Positions 41,074 through 50,844 of a stretch of DNA of 63,306 nucleotides are shown here, in pieces; the first letter of the stretch is position 1, and every line of letters starts with the position of its first letter. This stretch comes from Actinomycetota bacterium. Lineage in GTDB: Bacteria > Actinomycetota > Acidimicrobiia > IMCC26256 > VFJJ01. Under the pieces are notes generated by a model, which saw nothing but the letters and a program-made list of their open reading frames with translations, did no database searches and was not told the origin of the DNA. The stretch covers positions 1 through 63,306 of the forward strand of contig VFJJ01000019.1 of NCBI GenBank assembly GCA_009886115.1. Reading direction: 5' to 3'. A program made the position numbers and the translations under genes.

Positions 41074-44000
41074 CTACTCGCTCATGGCTTCGGAGGAGAG
41101 CGCGAAGACCTCGCGCAGCTCGGAGGTCGACAACTCGGTGAGCCACGACTCGCCCGTGCCCACGATGCGATCGGCCAAGGCCCGCTTGCGCTCGATCATG
41201 GCGTCGATGCGCTCCTCGAGCGTCCCGACGCAGATCAGCTTGCGCACCTGCACGTTACGGACCTGGCCGATGCGGAACGCCCGGTCGGTGGCCTGCTCCT
41301 CGACCGCGGGGTTCCACCACCGGTCGAAGTGGATCACGTGGTTGGCTGCGGTGAGGTTCAAGCCGGTGCCTCCAGCCTTGAGCGAGAGCAGGAAGATCGA
41401 CGGGCCGCCCGGCGCTTGGAACCGCTCGACCATCGTGTCACGGTGCTTCTTCGGAACGCCGCCGTGCAACCACAAGGCCTCGACGCCCAGGCGCTCCTGG
41501 AGGTGCGGTCGCAGCAGCTCGCCCATCTCCGCGTACTGCGTGAACACGAGAGCCCGGTCTCCCTCGGCCACGACCTCTTCGAGCGTCTCGACGAGACGTT
41601 CGAGCTTGCCCGAACGGCCATCGAGGCGTGAGTGGTCACCGAGCAGGTGAGCCGGGTGGTTGCACACCTGCTTGAGCTTGAGCATGGTCACGAGCACCAG
41701 ACCCTTGCGGGCCATGCCATCGCGCTCGTCGAGACGATCCATGGCATCGTCGACGATCGCTTGGTAGAGCGACGCCTGCTCGGCCGTCAGGTTGCAGAAC
41801 ACCTTCATCTCGATCTTCTCGGGCAGATCGTCGATCACCGTCTTGTCGGTCTTCAGACGGCGTAGCACCAGCGGACGGGTGACCTGCCGGAGCCGCTCAG
41901 CGGCCTCTTCATCGCCCTGGCGCTCGATGGGGATCGCGAAACGCTCGCGAAAGCGCGCCTGCGCGCCCAGGAGCCCGGGGTTCAGGAACTCCATGATCGA
42001 CCACAACTCCTGCAGCCGATTCTCGACCGGCGTGCCGGTGAGGGCCACACGATGCTGCGCCACCAACGATCGGACCGCCTTCGACTGGCGAGCCGCCGGG
42101 TTCTTCACGTTCTGGGCCTCGTCGAGCACGATCCGCCGCCAGCTCACGGTCGCCAGACCGGCGTGGTCGCGCACGACGAGGGGGTAGGTCGTGAGCACCA
42201 GATCAGCGTCGAGGACGGCCGCGGTGAACGTGGCCCCACGCAACCGTTGGGCGCCGTGGTGTACGAGCACCCGCAAGCCCGGAGCGAAGCGTTGCGCCTC
42301 CCGTTGCCAGTTGCCGACCACCGACATCGGGCACACGACCAGCGTGGGTCCCGTCGCCGCCGGGTTCAGCGGCTCGGGCGTCGTGGACGGAGTCGACTCC
42401 GCCGTTGGCGCAGACCGGGCGACGGATCGGGCCCGGGTCTTGGGTCGGGCGGGAGCCAGCAACGCCACGGCGGTCAGCTCGGGGCGTGGCGCTTCCTGCT
42501 CGGCCACCAGCAAGGCCAGGAGCTGCGCGGTCTTGCCCAGACCCATGTCGTCGGCGAGGCACGCTCCCACCCCGAGGACGGCGAGGAAGCGCAACCAGGC
42601 CAGACCCCGCTCCTGATAGGGCCGGAGCGTCCCGCAGAACCCGGCGGGCGCCGTGCCGAGCTCGATCCTGCGCTCAGCGCTCCCGTCGAGGAGATCACCC
42701 AGCCAGCCGTCAGCCGCGACGCCGACCACGTTGAGCCCGGTCTCCGACGGCCGAACACCCAGTGCGGCCTGCAGGGCATCGGTGACCGACATCGCACCGT
42801 CGAAGCCTTCGCGCTCGTCGCCCGCCGGGATCGCGGCATCGATCTTGGCCCGCTTGCGCAGGAAGCGCAGCGCTGCGTCGACATCGCGCTGGTCGACGAT
42901 CGTCCACCGGCCCTTGACCCGTACGAGCGGCTGCTTGAGCCGGGCCATCTCGGCCAACTCCTCGGCGTCGAGCGAGTCGTCGCCCAGCGCGATCTCCCAG
43001 CGATAGCGCACCAGGCCGGCGAGACCGAGCTCGCCTCCTGTCACCCCGCCCGTCGGGCTCGGGGTCGAGAGCCGGAGACGGGCCCCCAGCCGACGCTTCG
43101 ACTCCCGCCACCACGGCGGAACCAGCGCTGCGACGCCGATGGTGTCGAGCAGCGAAGCACCATCCTGGAGGAAGTGCAGCGCGGCAGCACCGTCGAGCTC
43201 GAGCGGGGCCGGACGGGCGCCGGCGAGCATCCGCTCCAGCGGCGGGTACAACCGGGCGGCGCGAGCGAGCTGTTCGAGCAGCCGCTCCTCGGGAAAGGGG
43301 TCACGGCGCGCGAGCAGGTCGCGCGCCGGAGACCCGTCCCAGAGCTCTGCGGCCGGCACCAAGAGCGAAGGCTCGGCGACATCCTGCAGGAGCGCTTCGA
43401 GGCGGAAACCGCCGGGGTCAAGCGTTGCCGCAACGACATCGCCAACGCCGGCCTCGGACTCGGGCTCGATCTCGGCGAGCCGGAGGCACAGTCGAAGATC
43501 GGCGACGCCCACGTCGGCACTGGCGTGCCAATCTTCGAGCACCGAAACCAGCGCGTTCAGGTCGTCGTCGCTGGCCTGGCGCACCCGCCCGTCAGGCGTG
43601 GTCAACGCTGCGAGCCAGGCTTCGGTCGCGCTCCGGCGGCCCCTCCGGGCCACCACGACGGGGAACGACGACAGCGTCTCACGCACCGAGATGTCGGCGA
43701 TGGCGTCGACGATCTCGCGCACGACGGTCGTGGCATCGGTGCGCCCCGGCGACTCGCACATGACCGAACCGGGCAGCGACTCGGCCAGCGCCAACGCCGA
43801 CTGGAGGGCGGCCGGGGTGGGCACGGCACGCCAGCGTGCTCTCCAGCCGTCGTCGACCTTCACCAAGGCCGGCAGCACGCGACCTCCCCGCGCCAGCTCG
43901 ACAGCCAGCTCGACCACCTGAGCGATGGCGGTCACCGACTCGCCGATCGCCACGCCCGCGCTGGCGTGCAGATCGCCGAGCACGTCGATCGCCACACCCG

Positions 44001-44376
44001 TGCGCACGATCAGCGCCGGGACCGACCACTCGCGTCGCCGCGCCCGACCGACAGGCAGCGGGGCATCCCAGAGCTGGTGTGAAGCGTCGGGCCGGTCACC
44101 GTGGCTCGGCAACGAGAGCACGAGCGTCGTCGCGGTCGTGCCGACTGTTCCCAGATGCTCACGCAACCTGGCGGTCTCGGCTGTGAACGGGTGGCGGGGC
44201 GCGTCGGGGGCACCGGTCACGCCGGCATCGGCATCGGCATCGGCGCCGACGCCGACGCCGGTGTCGGCGCCGACGTGAGCACCCGGGTGGGCGTCGTCGT
44301 GTGCGTCCGGCGGAACAGACTCGGCCCAGATGGCGAGCGCGCCGGGACGCGCCCACAGCCCATGCAACACCAGCAT
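41074..44376 (-). CDS. SNF2-family helicase/translocase with an N-terminal associated domain
   Basis: LRPYQ, LADDMGLGKT, DEAQ, LTGTPVEN, SLKAGG.GLNL and DRWWNPAVE.QATDRAFRIGQ; start MLVLHGLW at 44376. Confidence 0.95.
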   Translation of the reverse strand: MLVLHGLWARPGALAIWAESVPPDAHDDAHPGAHVGADTGVGVGADADADAGVTGAPDAPRHPFTAETARLREHLGTVGTTATTLVLSLPSHGDRPDASHQLWDAPLPVGRARRREWSVPALIVRTGVAIDVLGDLHASAGVAIGESVTAIAQVVELAVELARGGRVLPALVKVDDGWRARWRAVPTPAALQSALALAESLPGSVMCESPGRTDATTVVREIVDAIADISVRETLSSFPVVVARRGRRSATEAWLAALTTPDGRVRQASDDDLNALVSVLEDWHASADVGVADLRLCLRLAEIEPESEAGVGDVVAATLDPGGFRLEALLQDVAEPSLLVPAAELWDGSPARDLLARRDPFPEERLLEQLARAARLYPPLERMLAGARPAPLELDGAAALHFLQDGASLLDTIGVAALVPPWWRESKRRLGARLRLSTPSPTGGVTGGELGLAGLVRYRWEIALGDDSLDAEELAEMARLKQPLVRVKGRWTIVDQRDVDAALRFLRKRAKIDAAIPAGDEREGFDGAMSVTDALQAALGVRPSETGLNVVGVAADGWLGDLLDGSAERRIELGTAPAGFCGTLRPYQERGLAWLRFLAVLGVGACLADDMGLGKTAQLLALLVAEQEAPRPELTAVALLAPARPKTRARSVARSAPTAESTPSTTPEPLNPAATGPTLVVCPMSVVGNWQREAQRFAPGLRVLVHHGAQRLRGATFTAAVLDADLVLTTYPLVVRDHAGLATVSWRRIVLDEAQNVKNPAARQSKAVRSLVAQHRVALTGTPVENRLQELWSIMEFLNPGLLGAQARFRERFAIPIERQGDEEAAERLRQVTRPLVLRRLKTDKTVIDDLPEKIEMKVFCNLTAEQASLYQAIVDDAMDRLDERDGMARKGLVLVTMLKLKQVCNHPAHLLGDHSRLDGRSGKLERLVETLEEVVAEGDRALVFTQYAEMGELLRPHLQERLGVEALWLHGGVPKKHRDTMVERFQAPGGPSIFLLSLKAGGTGLNLTAANHVIHFDRWWNPAVEEQATDRAFRIGQVRNVQVRKLICVGTLEERIDAMIERKRALADRIVGTGESWLTELSTSELREVFALSSEAMSE

Positions 44377-44378
44377 CG

Positions 44379-45668
44379 TCAGCGCGGACCCACCCCGGCC
44401 GCAGCCCTCGTGATCTGGCGCCAGGCATCGAGATCGGAAGCGTCGGAACGACGCCCGACCCGGGTCACCGTGTCGACGTCGGTGGCCTCGGCCCGCAGCG
44501 CGGCCGACGTGCACCGCTCCTTGGGACGGGTGGCGAACGGGTCGAAGTGATAGTGGCGCATGGCGTTCTCGTGGGTGATCTTGTTCACCACGTCATCGGG
44601 GACACCTTCGAACAACACCGCCAAGCTCTCGGGGCCGTTGGGCCACGAGGAATCGGAGTGGGGGTAGTCGGACTCCCAGCAGAGGTTGTCGATGTTGAAC
44701 TCGTCGAGCAGCTTCACCCCGACCCGATCGTCGATGAAGCAGCAGAGGATGCGATCACGGAAGAGCTCGGACGGGGTCATGCCGTTGAGGAGCTCGGCGC
44801 CGATCCAGGCATTGTGACGGCGATAGACGTGCTCGGCTCTCTGCAAGAAATACGGGATCCATCCCACATCGCCTTCGGTCAATGAGAAGCGCAACGTTGG
44901 GAACCTCGTCCAGAATTCAGCCCAGATAAGGTCGGCCATCGTGTAGATAGACATGCTTGACGAGATAGCCATGGGAACACTCAGTGGAGCATCGGGAGTG
45001 GTCATCGCTCCCTTTGACGACGACCCCACGTGGCAGCACAGCACCGTCTCGGTGTCGACACACGCAGCGAAGAGGGGGTCCCATTCGCCGCTGTGGATCG
45101 ACGGCGCTCCGATGGCCGACGGGTTCTCGGAGAACGTGACCGCATGGCAGCCCTTGGCCGCGAGGCGGCGGACCTCCTTGGCCGCCTCTTCGACGTCGAA
45201 GTACGGCAGCACTCCACAGGGGATGAACCGATCGGGATGGGCGCCGCACCACTCGTCGACGTGCCAGTCGTTGTACGCCTTGACCATGACGAGGTTGACG
45301 TCGCGATCGGGGCCCTGGTTGAGCACCTGGCCGGTGAAGCCGGGCCAGTTCGGGAAGTTCAACCCGGCCAGGACCCCACCGGCCGACATGTCGCGCACCC
45401 GCTCGTGAACGTCGTAGCACCCCGGGCGCATCTCGTCGTACCGGTTCGGGTTGACGTTGAAGAACTCGGGCGGCTTCCCGGCCACGGCGTTCAGCCCGAG
45501 GTTGCGGCCCTTCAGCTCGCCGTACCACCACTGCTGGTAACCATGCTCGTCGGTCTCGACGCGGGGTGCCCGGTCGCGGTAGCGCTCGGGCACGTGGGCG
45601 TGGAACATCTCGGCCGGTTCGGCGATGTGATCGTCGACCGAGACGAGGATCATGTCGTCGGCGTTCAT
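44379..45668 (-). CDS. Amidohydrolase family protein
   Basis: VSVDDH..EP, AYNDW and WESDYPHSDS.WP. Confidence 0.9.
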   Translation of the reverse strand: MNADDMILVSVDDHIAEPAEMFHAHVPERYRDRAPRVETDEHGYQQWWYGELKGRNLGLNAVAGKPPEFFNVNPNRYDEMRPGCYDVHERVRDMSAGGVLAGLNFPNWPGFTGQVLNQGPDRDVNLVMVKAYNDWHVDEWCGAHPDRFIPCGVLPYFDVEEAAKEVRRLAAKGCHAVTFSENPSAIGAPSIHSGEWDPLFAACVDTETVLCCHVGSSSKGAMTTPDAPLSVPMAISSSMSIYTMADLIWAEFWTRFPTLRFSLTEGDVGWIPYFLQRAEHVYRRHNAWIGAELLNGMTPSELFRDRILCCFIDDRVGVKLLDEFNIDNLCWESDYPHSDSSWPNGPESLAVLFEGVPDDVVNKITHENAMRHYHFDPFATRPKERCTSAALRAEATDVDTVTRVGRRSDASDLDAWRQITRAAAGVGPR

Positions 45669-47305
45669 GGGTGTCCCTCCCTGTCCCAGGTGTCGGCGCT
45701 GAGGCCGCGGGCTCGGATCTCGTGCTTCTTGACCCGCATCGAGGTCTCGTTCCGGGGGAAGTCGTCGACGACCTCGACGTAGCGGGGGATCATGAACCGG
45801 GGCATCCTCGGTTCGAGGAACTCGATGAGCTGGGCCGGCTCGAATGTTGCCCGATCCTTGACGATGACCATCACGAACACGTCGTCTTCACCATATTGTG
45901 CCGGCATCCCGACCGCGGCAACATCGGATACAGCCGGATACTCGAGCAGGAAGTTCTCGACCTCGAAGCTCGAGATGTTCTCGCCTCGACGACGAATAGC
46001 GTCGTTCATTCTGTCGACGTAGTAGTAATATCCGTCATCGTCGACCTTGAAAGCATCACCCGTGTGGAACCAGCCGTTGCGCCACGCGGCGACGGTCTTC
46101 TCGGGCATCTTGTAGTAGCCCACGTTCAACGCCCAGGCCTCGGCCGAACGCACCAGCAGCTCGCCCACCTCGCCCACGGCGACGGGCTCGTCGAACTCGT
46201 CGGCCACGCGGCACTCGGTGAAGGGGTAGTCGAGCCGGGGCCGGCCGCAGTTGGCCCAGGGCCCGTGGGTCCACCCGACGGTGGCCACGGGAGCGCCGAT
46301 CTCGGTCTGGCCGTAGCACGTGCCGACCTCGACGCCGAAGCGGCGCTTGAAGTCGTCGATCTCAGGGATCATCGGACCGAGGAGGATGCAGCGCAGCGGG
46401 TTGTCGGCGTCGTCGGGCTGTTCGGGCTGAGCGTGCAGCAAAGCCGTCATCGGCCCGACCGTGGTGGCGACCTTGCAGTCGAAGGCCCGGACGTCGGCGA
46501 GGAAGTGCGCCACGCTGAAGCGATCGCGCATCACGAACCGTCCGCCTCGCGCCATGCAGGAGTTGAACGCCGACTTGCCGCTGTTGTGGAACATGGCGAA
46601 CGCGCAATACAGCCCGTCCCCCGGCGCCAGGGCGTCGGCCGGTACCCACGACCACATCTGGTAGATGATCGCCCACGGGCACAGCACGCCCTTGGACGGT
46701 CCGGTCGTGCCCGAGGTGAAGAGGATCGCTGCGATGTCGCGGTACTCCGGGCCGGCTCCCGACTCGACGAGGTCGTACGCCGGCTCGACCCCGTCGAGGA
46801 ACTCCGCCTCGGTGACGCAACGGAACGGGAGCTCGCCCGCGCCGGCGGGAAGCTCCGACACCTGTTCGTTCGCCTGGCCGCTGACCACCACGACCGTCCG
46901 CAGCGTGGGGAGCTCGGTCGCGATCTCCCGGAGCCGATCGAAGCACTCGACGCCGATCACCAGGGTCGTGACGTCGGCGTAGTCGAGGGTGTACTGGAGC
47001 ATGCGCCCCACGTAGGCCGGATTGAGCGGCACCTCGACGGCCCGGGTCCAGGCGAGGCCGATCCACGCCAGTGGCACCTTCAGCCCGTGCGGGATCATCG
47101 TGCCGACGTGCTCGCCGGGGCCGACGCCGAGCCGTTGGTACGCCGCCGCCCAGCGCAGCACCTCACGATGCAGCTCTTCGTAGGTGAACTGCTCACCGTC
47201 GACGTGCGCCAGCGCGATCGTGCCGGGAGTCTCGTCGGCCCACCGGGCGATGGCGTGCGGTGCGAGGAAACGGCGCTCGAGCATGATGCGAGCCTGCCAC
47301 GCCAT
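45665..47305 (-). CDS. Acyl-CoA synthetase (CaiC-like AMP-binding enzyme)
   Basis: FTSGTTGPSKG, YGQTE, GWFHTGD and DR..D.IRRRGENISS.EVE. Confidence 0.93.
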   Translation of the reverse strand: MAWQARIMLERRFLAPHAIARWADETPGTIALAHVDGEQFTYEELHREVLRWAAAYQRLGVGPGEHVGTMIPHGLKVPLAWIGLAWTRAVEVPLNPAYVGRMLQYTLDYADVTTLVIGVECFDRLREIATELPTLRTVVVVSGQANEQVSELPAGAGELPFRCVTEAEFLDGVEPAYDLVESGAGPEYRDIAAILFTSGTTGPSKGVLCPWAIIYQMWSWVPADALAPGDGLYCAFAMFHNSGKSAFNSCMARGGRFVMRDRFSVAHFLADVRAFDCKVATTVGPMTALLHAQPEQPDDADNPLRCILLGPMIPEIDDFKRRFGVEVGTCYGQTEIGAPVATVGWTHGPWANCGRPRLDYPFTECRVADEFDEPVAVGEVGELLVRSAEAWALNVGYYKMPEKTVAAWRNGWFHTGDAFKVDDDGYYYYVDRMNDAIRRRGENISSFEVENFLLEYPAVSDVAAVGMPAQYGEDDVFVMVIVKDRATFEPAQLIEFLEPRMPRFMIPRYVEVVDDFPRNETSMRVKKHEIRARGLSADTWDREGHP

Positions 47306-47483
47306 GAGGCGCTGCTGCCGGACGGTGACCGGTCACACGTCCCATTCGTGAGCGCGCCCGCCACCGAGCACGGGGATTCGTCCGAGGTCATGGTGTACGG
47401 TCGGAAGGAGATGACCCTCGACCTGCCAGACTGGCCGGATACGGCATGCAACTGGGCGCCGTCGGGCAGCCAAGGAGCGCCGA

Positions 47484-48041
47484 ATGAACGCCGATGAACG
47501 ACTGATCTCGATACGCGAGGGCGAGACCCGAGGCGATCGCCAGACGTACCTCTTCTTCTGGGGACATCAGCCGACGCCGTCGGGCCAGCTCGGGCCGTCG
47601 TGCCTGAGCCAGTGGTGGGAGTCACCGTTCCTGGTCGACGGGGTCAAGTACCAGACCGCCGAGCACTGGATGATGGCAGCCAAGGCCCGCCTCTTCGAGG
47701 ACGAGACCGCACTGGCTCGCATCCTGGCGTCGTTCGACCCCCACACGGCCAAGGCTGCCGGGCGCGCCGTGAAGGGCTTCGACGACGCGACCTGGGCCGC
47801 GCAGCGCCAGGCTGTGGTGATCGAGGGCAACCTCGCCAAGTTCGCCCAGCACGACGACCTGGGGGCCTTCCTCCTCGGCACCGGCGATCGTGTGCTCGCC
47901 GAAGCCAGCCCCGACGATCGCATCTGGGGCATCGGCCTGGCGTCGAACAACACCTACGCCCGTCGACCGCTCAAGTGGCCGGGCAAGAACCTCCTGGGCT
48001 TCGCGCTCATGGAAGTACGCGATCGTCTGCGAGCCGACTGA
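47484..48041 (+). CDS. NADAR family protein (YbiA-like)
   Basis: LFFWGH, CLSQW, TAEH.MMA.KA.LF.D, EASP.D.IWGIG and G.NLLG..LM..R. Confidence 0.92.
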   Translation: MNADERLISIREGETRGDRQTYLFFWGHQPTPSGQLGPSCLSQWWESPFLVDGVKYQTAEHWMMAAKARLFEDETALARILASFDPHTAKAAGRAVKGFDDATWAAQRQAVVIEGNLAKFAQHDDLGAFLLGTGDRVLAEASPDDRIWGIGLASNNTYARRPLKWPGKNLLGFALMEVRDRLRAD

Positions 48042-48066
48042 GCCTGCCTGGCTCGAGGTGTCCACC

Positions 48067-48375
48067 GTGGCTTTTCGGGGATGGCCGACCGCTGCGCTCG
48101 AGTTCTACGACGGCCTCGAGATCGACAACTCCCGCGAGTACTGGCTGGCGCACAAGCCCGTGTACCAGGCGTCGGTGCTCGGGCCGATGGACGACCTCCT
48201 GGCTGAGCTGGCCCCGGAGTTCGGTGAGGGACGGGTCTTCCGCCCGAACCGCGACGTGCGCTTCAGCGCCGACACGTCGCCCTACAAGACCGCCATCGGG
48301 GCGATGGTCGGCGACTCGGGCTACGTGCAGTTCTCAGCCGAGGGTATGGCCGTCGGGTGCGGGTACTACGTGCCG
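48067..48375 (+). pseudogene. Truncated DUF2461-family gene (N-terminal ~100 aa only)
   Basis: F.GW...ALEFY.GL...NSREYW...K..Y and FRPNRDVRFSAD.SPYKT are recognisable up to GYY; the frame then becomes non-coding-like and runs into the sulfotransferase gene. Confidence 0.65.
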
Positions 48376-48496
48376 TTTTGCTCACGCAGAGTAACCAACC
48401 CGTGCCTCAGCGCACCCGCCAGGCGGGTGCACTTGCGCCGTTCCCCGTGGCTCGAGGAGTGCGCACAGCCCAACAAAGCGTCAGAATCGCTGCCTG

Positions 48497-49819
48497 ATGA
48501 CCGACAACGTGAAGTCAACCACCACGGGTTCCCGTGGCTCACCCGTACGAATCGACGACCTCGCCGCGCCGCGCTTCACGCCCGAGATCGTGGCACTGAT
48601 GGCGGCTGCGGTCGAGGCTTCCGGTCCGATCTCGTTCACGGAGGCGGCGGTCTTCGCTGCGGTCGAGCACCAGACCGGGCTGTCGATCGAGCACGATGCC
48701 ATCGGCGGCTTCGGAGACGACGATCGTTTCCTCACGCCGCTGCGCATCCTCCTGGGTGACCTCGACGAGCATGCACCCCTCTCGGCGTTCGGCCGGGTCA
48801 ACGTGTTCGCGACGATCGTCACCTGGCTCTCGAAGCGGGCGCAGTTCGGCGCGCTGCTGCGCGAGCACCCCGAGATCCACGACGTGGAGCTGGCGCCGCC
48901 GATCGTCATCTGCGGCCAGCCGCGCACGGGCACGACGCACCTCCACAACCTGATCTCGGCCGATCCGGCCATGCGCTCGCTCCCCTACTGGGAGTCGAAC
49001 GAGCCGGTGCTCTCGAGCGCCGACGCGGCCGAGGTGGCGGCGGGCCGTCCCGATCCTCGGCGGGCTCGCACAGCCGAAGGGCTGTGGTTTCTCAACGCCG
49101 CCATGCCCCTGTTCCAACGCATGCACGAGATGACCACCGACCACGTGCACGAGGAGATCGACCTGCTCGGCTCCGACGTGTCGACACAGCTCGTCGAGAC
49201 GATCGCCGATCTTCCGTCATACCAGGCCTGGTACATGGCCACCGACCAGCGACCGTCGTACCGCTATCTCACGACGTTGCTCAAGGCACTGCAGTGGCAG
49301 CGGCCCGCGGGGCTGCGCTGGATCCTCAAGTCGCCACAGCACATCGAGCGGTTCCCGGCGTTGGTCGACGTGTTCCCGGGTGCCACGTTCGTGGTCACGC
49401 ACCGCGATCCGGTGGCGGTCACCGCTTCGGTGTGCACCATGCTCTCGTACACGGCCCGGCTACGGCTCGATCCGTGCGACCCGGTCGACATCAGCCGGTA
49501 CTGGTCGCAGCGCATGGAGGACATGAACCGGTCCTGCGTGCGCGATCGTGAGGTCCTCCCGACCGAACGTTCGATCGACGTGCTCTTCCACGAGTTCATG
49601 GCCGACGACCTCGCCATGGTCGAACGCATCTACGACATCGCCGGCCAGCCGATGACCGAGCACGCCCGCACGGCCATGCGTCGTTTCGTCGTCGAGCATC
49701 CGCGGGGCCGCCACGGCGCCATCCAGTACGACCTGGCCCAACTCGGCCTCGATGCCGGCGAGCTCCGGAGCCGGAACGCCTTCTACGAGGAGCGCTTCCC
49801 CGTCGCCCGAGAGTGGTGA
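48497..49819 (+). CDS. Sulfotransferase family protein
   Basis: GQPRTGTT.LH.L PAPS loop, WILKSP.H and THRDP. Confidence 0.92.
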   Translation: MTDNVKSTTTGSRGSPVRIDDLAAPRFTPEIVALMAAAVEASGPISFTEAAVFAAVEHQTGLSIEHDAIGGFGDDDRFLTPLRILLGDLDEHAPLSAFGRVNVFATIVTWLSKRAQFGALLREHPEIHDVELAPPIVICGQPRTGTTHLHNLISADPAMRSLPYWESNEPVLSSADAAEVAAGRPDPRRARTAEGLWFLNAAMPLFQRMHEMTTDHVHEEIDLLGSDVSTQLVETIADLPSYQAWYMATDQRPSYRYLTTLLKALQWQRPAGLRWILKSPQHIERFPALVDVFPGATFVVTHRDPVAVTASVCTMLSYTARLRLDPCDPVDISRYWSQRMEDMNRSCVRDREVLPTERSIDVLFHEFMADDLAMVERIYDIAGQPMTEHARTAMRRFVVEHPRGRHGAIQYDLAQLGLDAGELRSRNAFYEERFPVAREW

Positions 49820-49843
49820 GCCCGCCCGGTCCGAGCGCAGCGT

Positions 49844-50683
49844 CTACGGGACGCGGCCGGCGCCGGAGCCAGGGTGGATGGGCGGACGGTCGGGCCCGGG
49901 CGGGCCGGCGAATGCCTGCGCCAGCGTCAGCGAACGCCGGGCCTCAGCGCCGCGGGCGACGAGCGTCGTGTCATCGAGATGGCGGCGGCGTGTGACGATC
50001 AGCGCGAAGTCGAGTGCCGGACCCGAGACCGACTGCACCGACTCGCCCCCGGGGCCGTCGACGGTCGCCGCGTCGGGCCCCCACGTCCAGGTCTCGCCAC
50101 TCGGGCCGGTGAGCACCACACGGAGCGCGATGTCGGGGACGTCGAGCCCGCGGACCCGGTAGCCGTTGGCGAAGGCCCGCACACCGATCTCGCAGACGTG
50201 GCGGATGCGGGCCGTGGCCGGGCGGTCGATCCCGAGGGCGTCGACGATGTCCTGGCCGTGGGCCCAGGTCTCCATGATGCGAGCGGTCACAGCCGAAGCC
50301 ACGCTCATGGCCGGGCCGAACCAAGGCACCCGAACCGTGGGATCGCCGGCCGCGATCGCGTCGAGGAACAGCCCGCTCTCGTCTCGCCACCACGCGCCCA
50401 TCCCGGCACCATCGAGCCGAGCGGAACGGCTCGTCATCTCGGCGAGGAACCCCGTGCGGTCGAGGGCGTGCTGCGCGCGCATCTCGTCGAACGCGCCCGG
50501 GTCGACGATCGCCACCCGCATGAGGCCGTCGATGGCGGCCAGATGGGCCACCTGGTCGCGCACCGTCCAGCCCGGCGACGGTGTCGGCGCGTCCCACGCC
50601 GGCTCGGGCAGCGGATCGAGCACCGCCAGGAGGGCATCGCGCTCGGCCACGAGGTCGGCGCACAGCGAGCTGAGATCAACCAC
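49844..50683 (-). CDS. Mycothiol-dependent maleylpyruvate-isomerase-like (MDMPI/TIGR03084-like) metal-binding protein
   Basis: TPSPGWTVRDQVAHL, PWFGP.MS, TAR.METWAHGQD and AQAFAGPPG. Confidence 0.85.
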   Translation of the reverse strand: MVDLSSLCADLVAERDALLAVLDPLPEPAWDAPTPSPGWTVRDQVAHLAAIDGLMRVAIVDPGAFDEMRAQHALDRTGFLAEMTSRSARLDGAGMGAWWRDESGLFLDAIAAGDPTVRVPWFGPAMSVASAVTARIMETWAHGQDIVDALGIDRPATARIRHVCEIGVRAFANGYRVRGLDVPDIALRVVLTGPSGETWTWGPDAATVDGPGGESVQSVSGPALDFALIVTRRRHLDDTTLVARGAEARRSLTLAQAFAGPPGPDRPPIHPGSGAGRVP

Positions 50684-50780
50684 GGAGGAATCCTGCCCGG
50701 TCGGTCGGTCGGTTTGATCGGTCGGTCGGTCACGTTCCGGGTCGTCCGCCCCCCGGGTCGGTCACACGCCAGGCGGTCGG

Positions 50781-50844
50781 TCGGGGGACGTCAGGTCTCG
50801 GGGGACGTCAGGTCTCGGGGGACGTCAGGTCTCGGGGGACGTCA
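50781..50844. repeat. 17-bp tandem repeat TCGGGGGACGTCAGGTC x3 plus a partial copy, ending at a stop codon
   Basis: Units at 50781, 50798 and 50815, partial at 50832; its TCA at 50842-50844 is the stop of the minus-strand gene. Confidence 0.9.

Noticed and set aside
47484..48041. NADAR as the antitoxin of a DarT1-NADAR system
   Set aside because: No adjacent ADP-ribosyltransferase gene; it appears stand-alone.
50781..50844. Direct repeats here and at 56811-56850 or 91-138 as a CRISPR array
   Set aside because: Units are head-to-tail with no unique spacers, are too short, and no cas genes are present.
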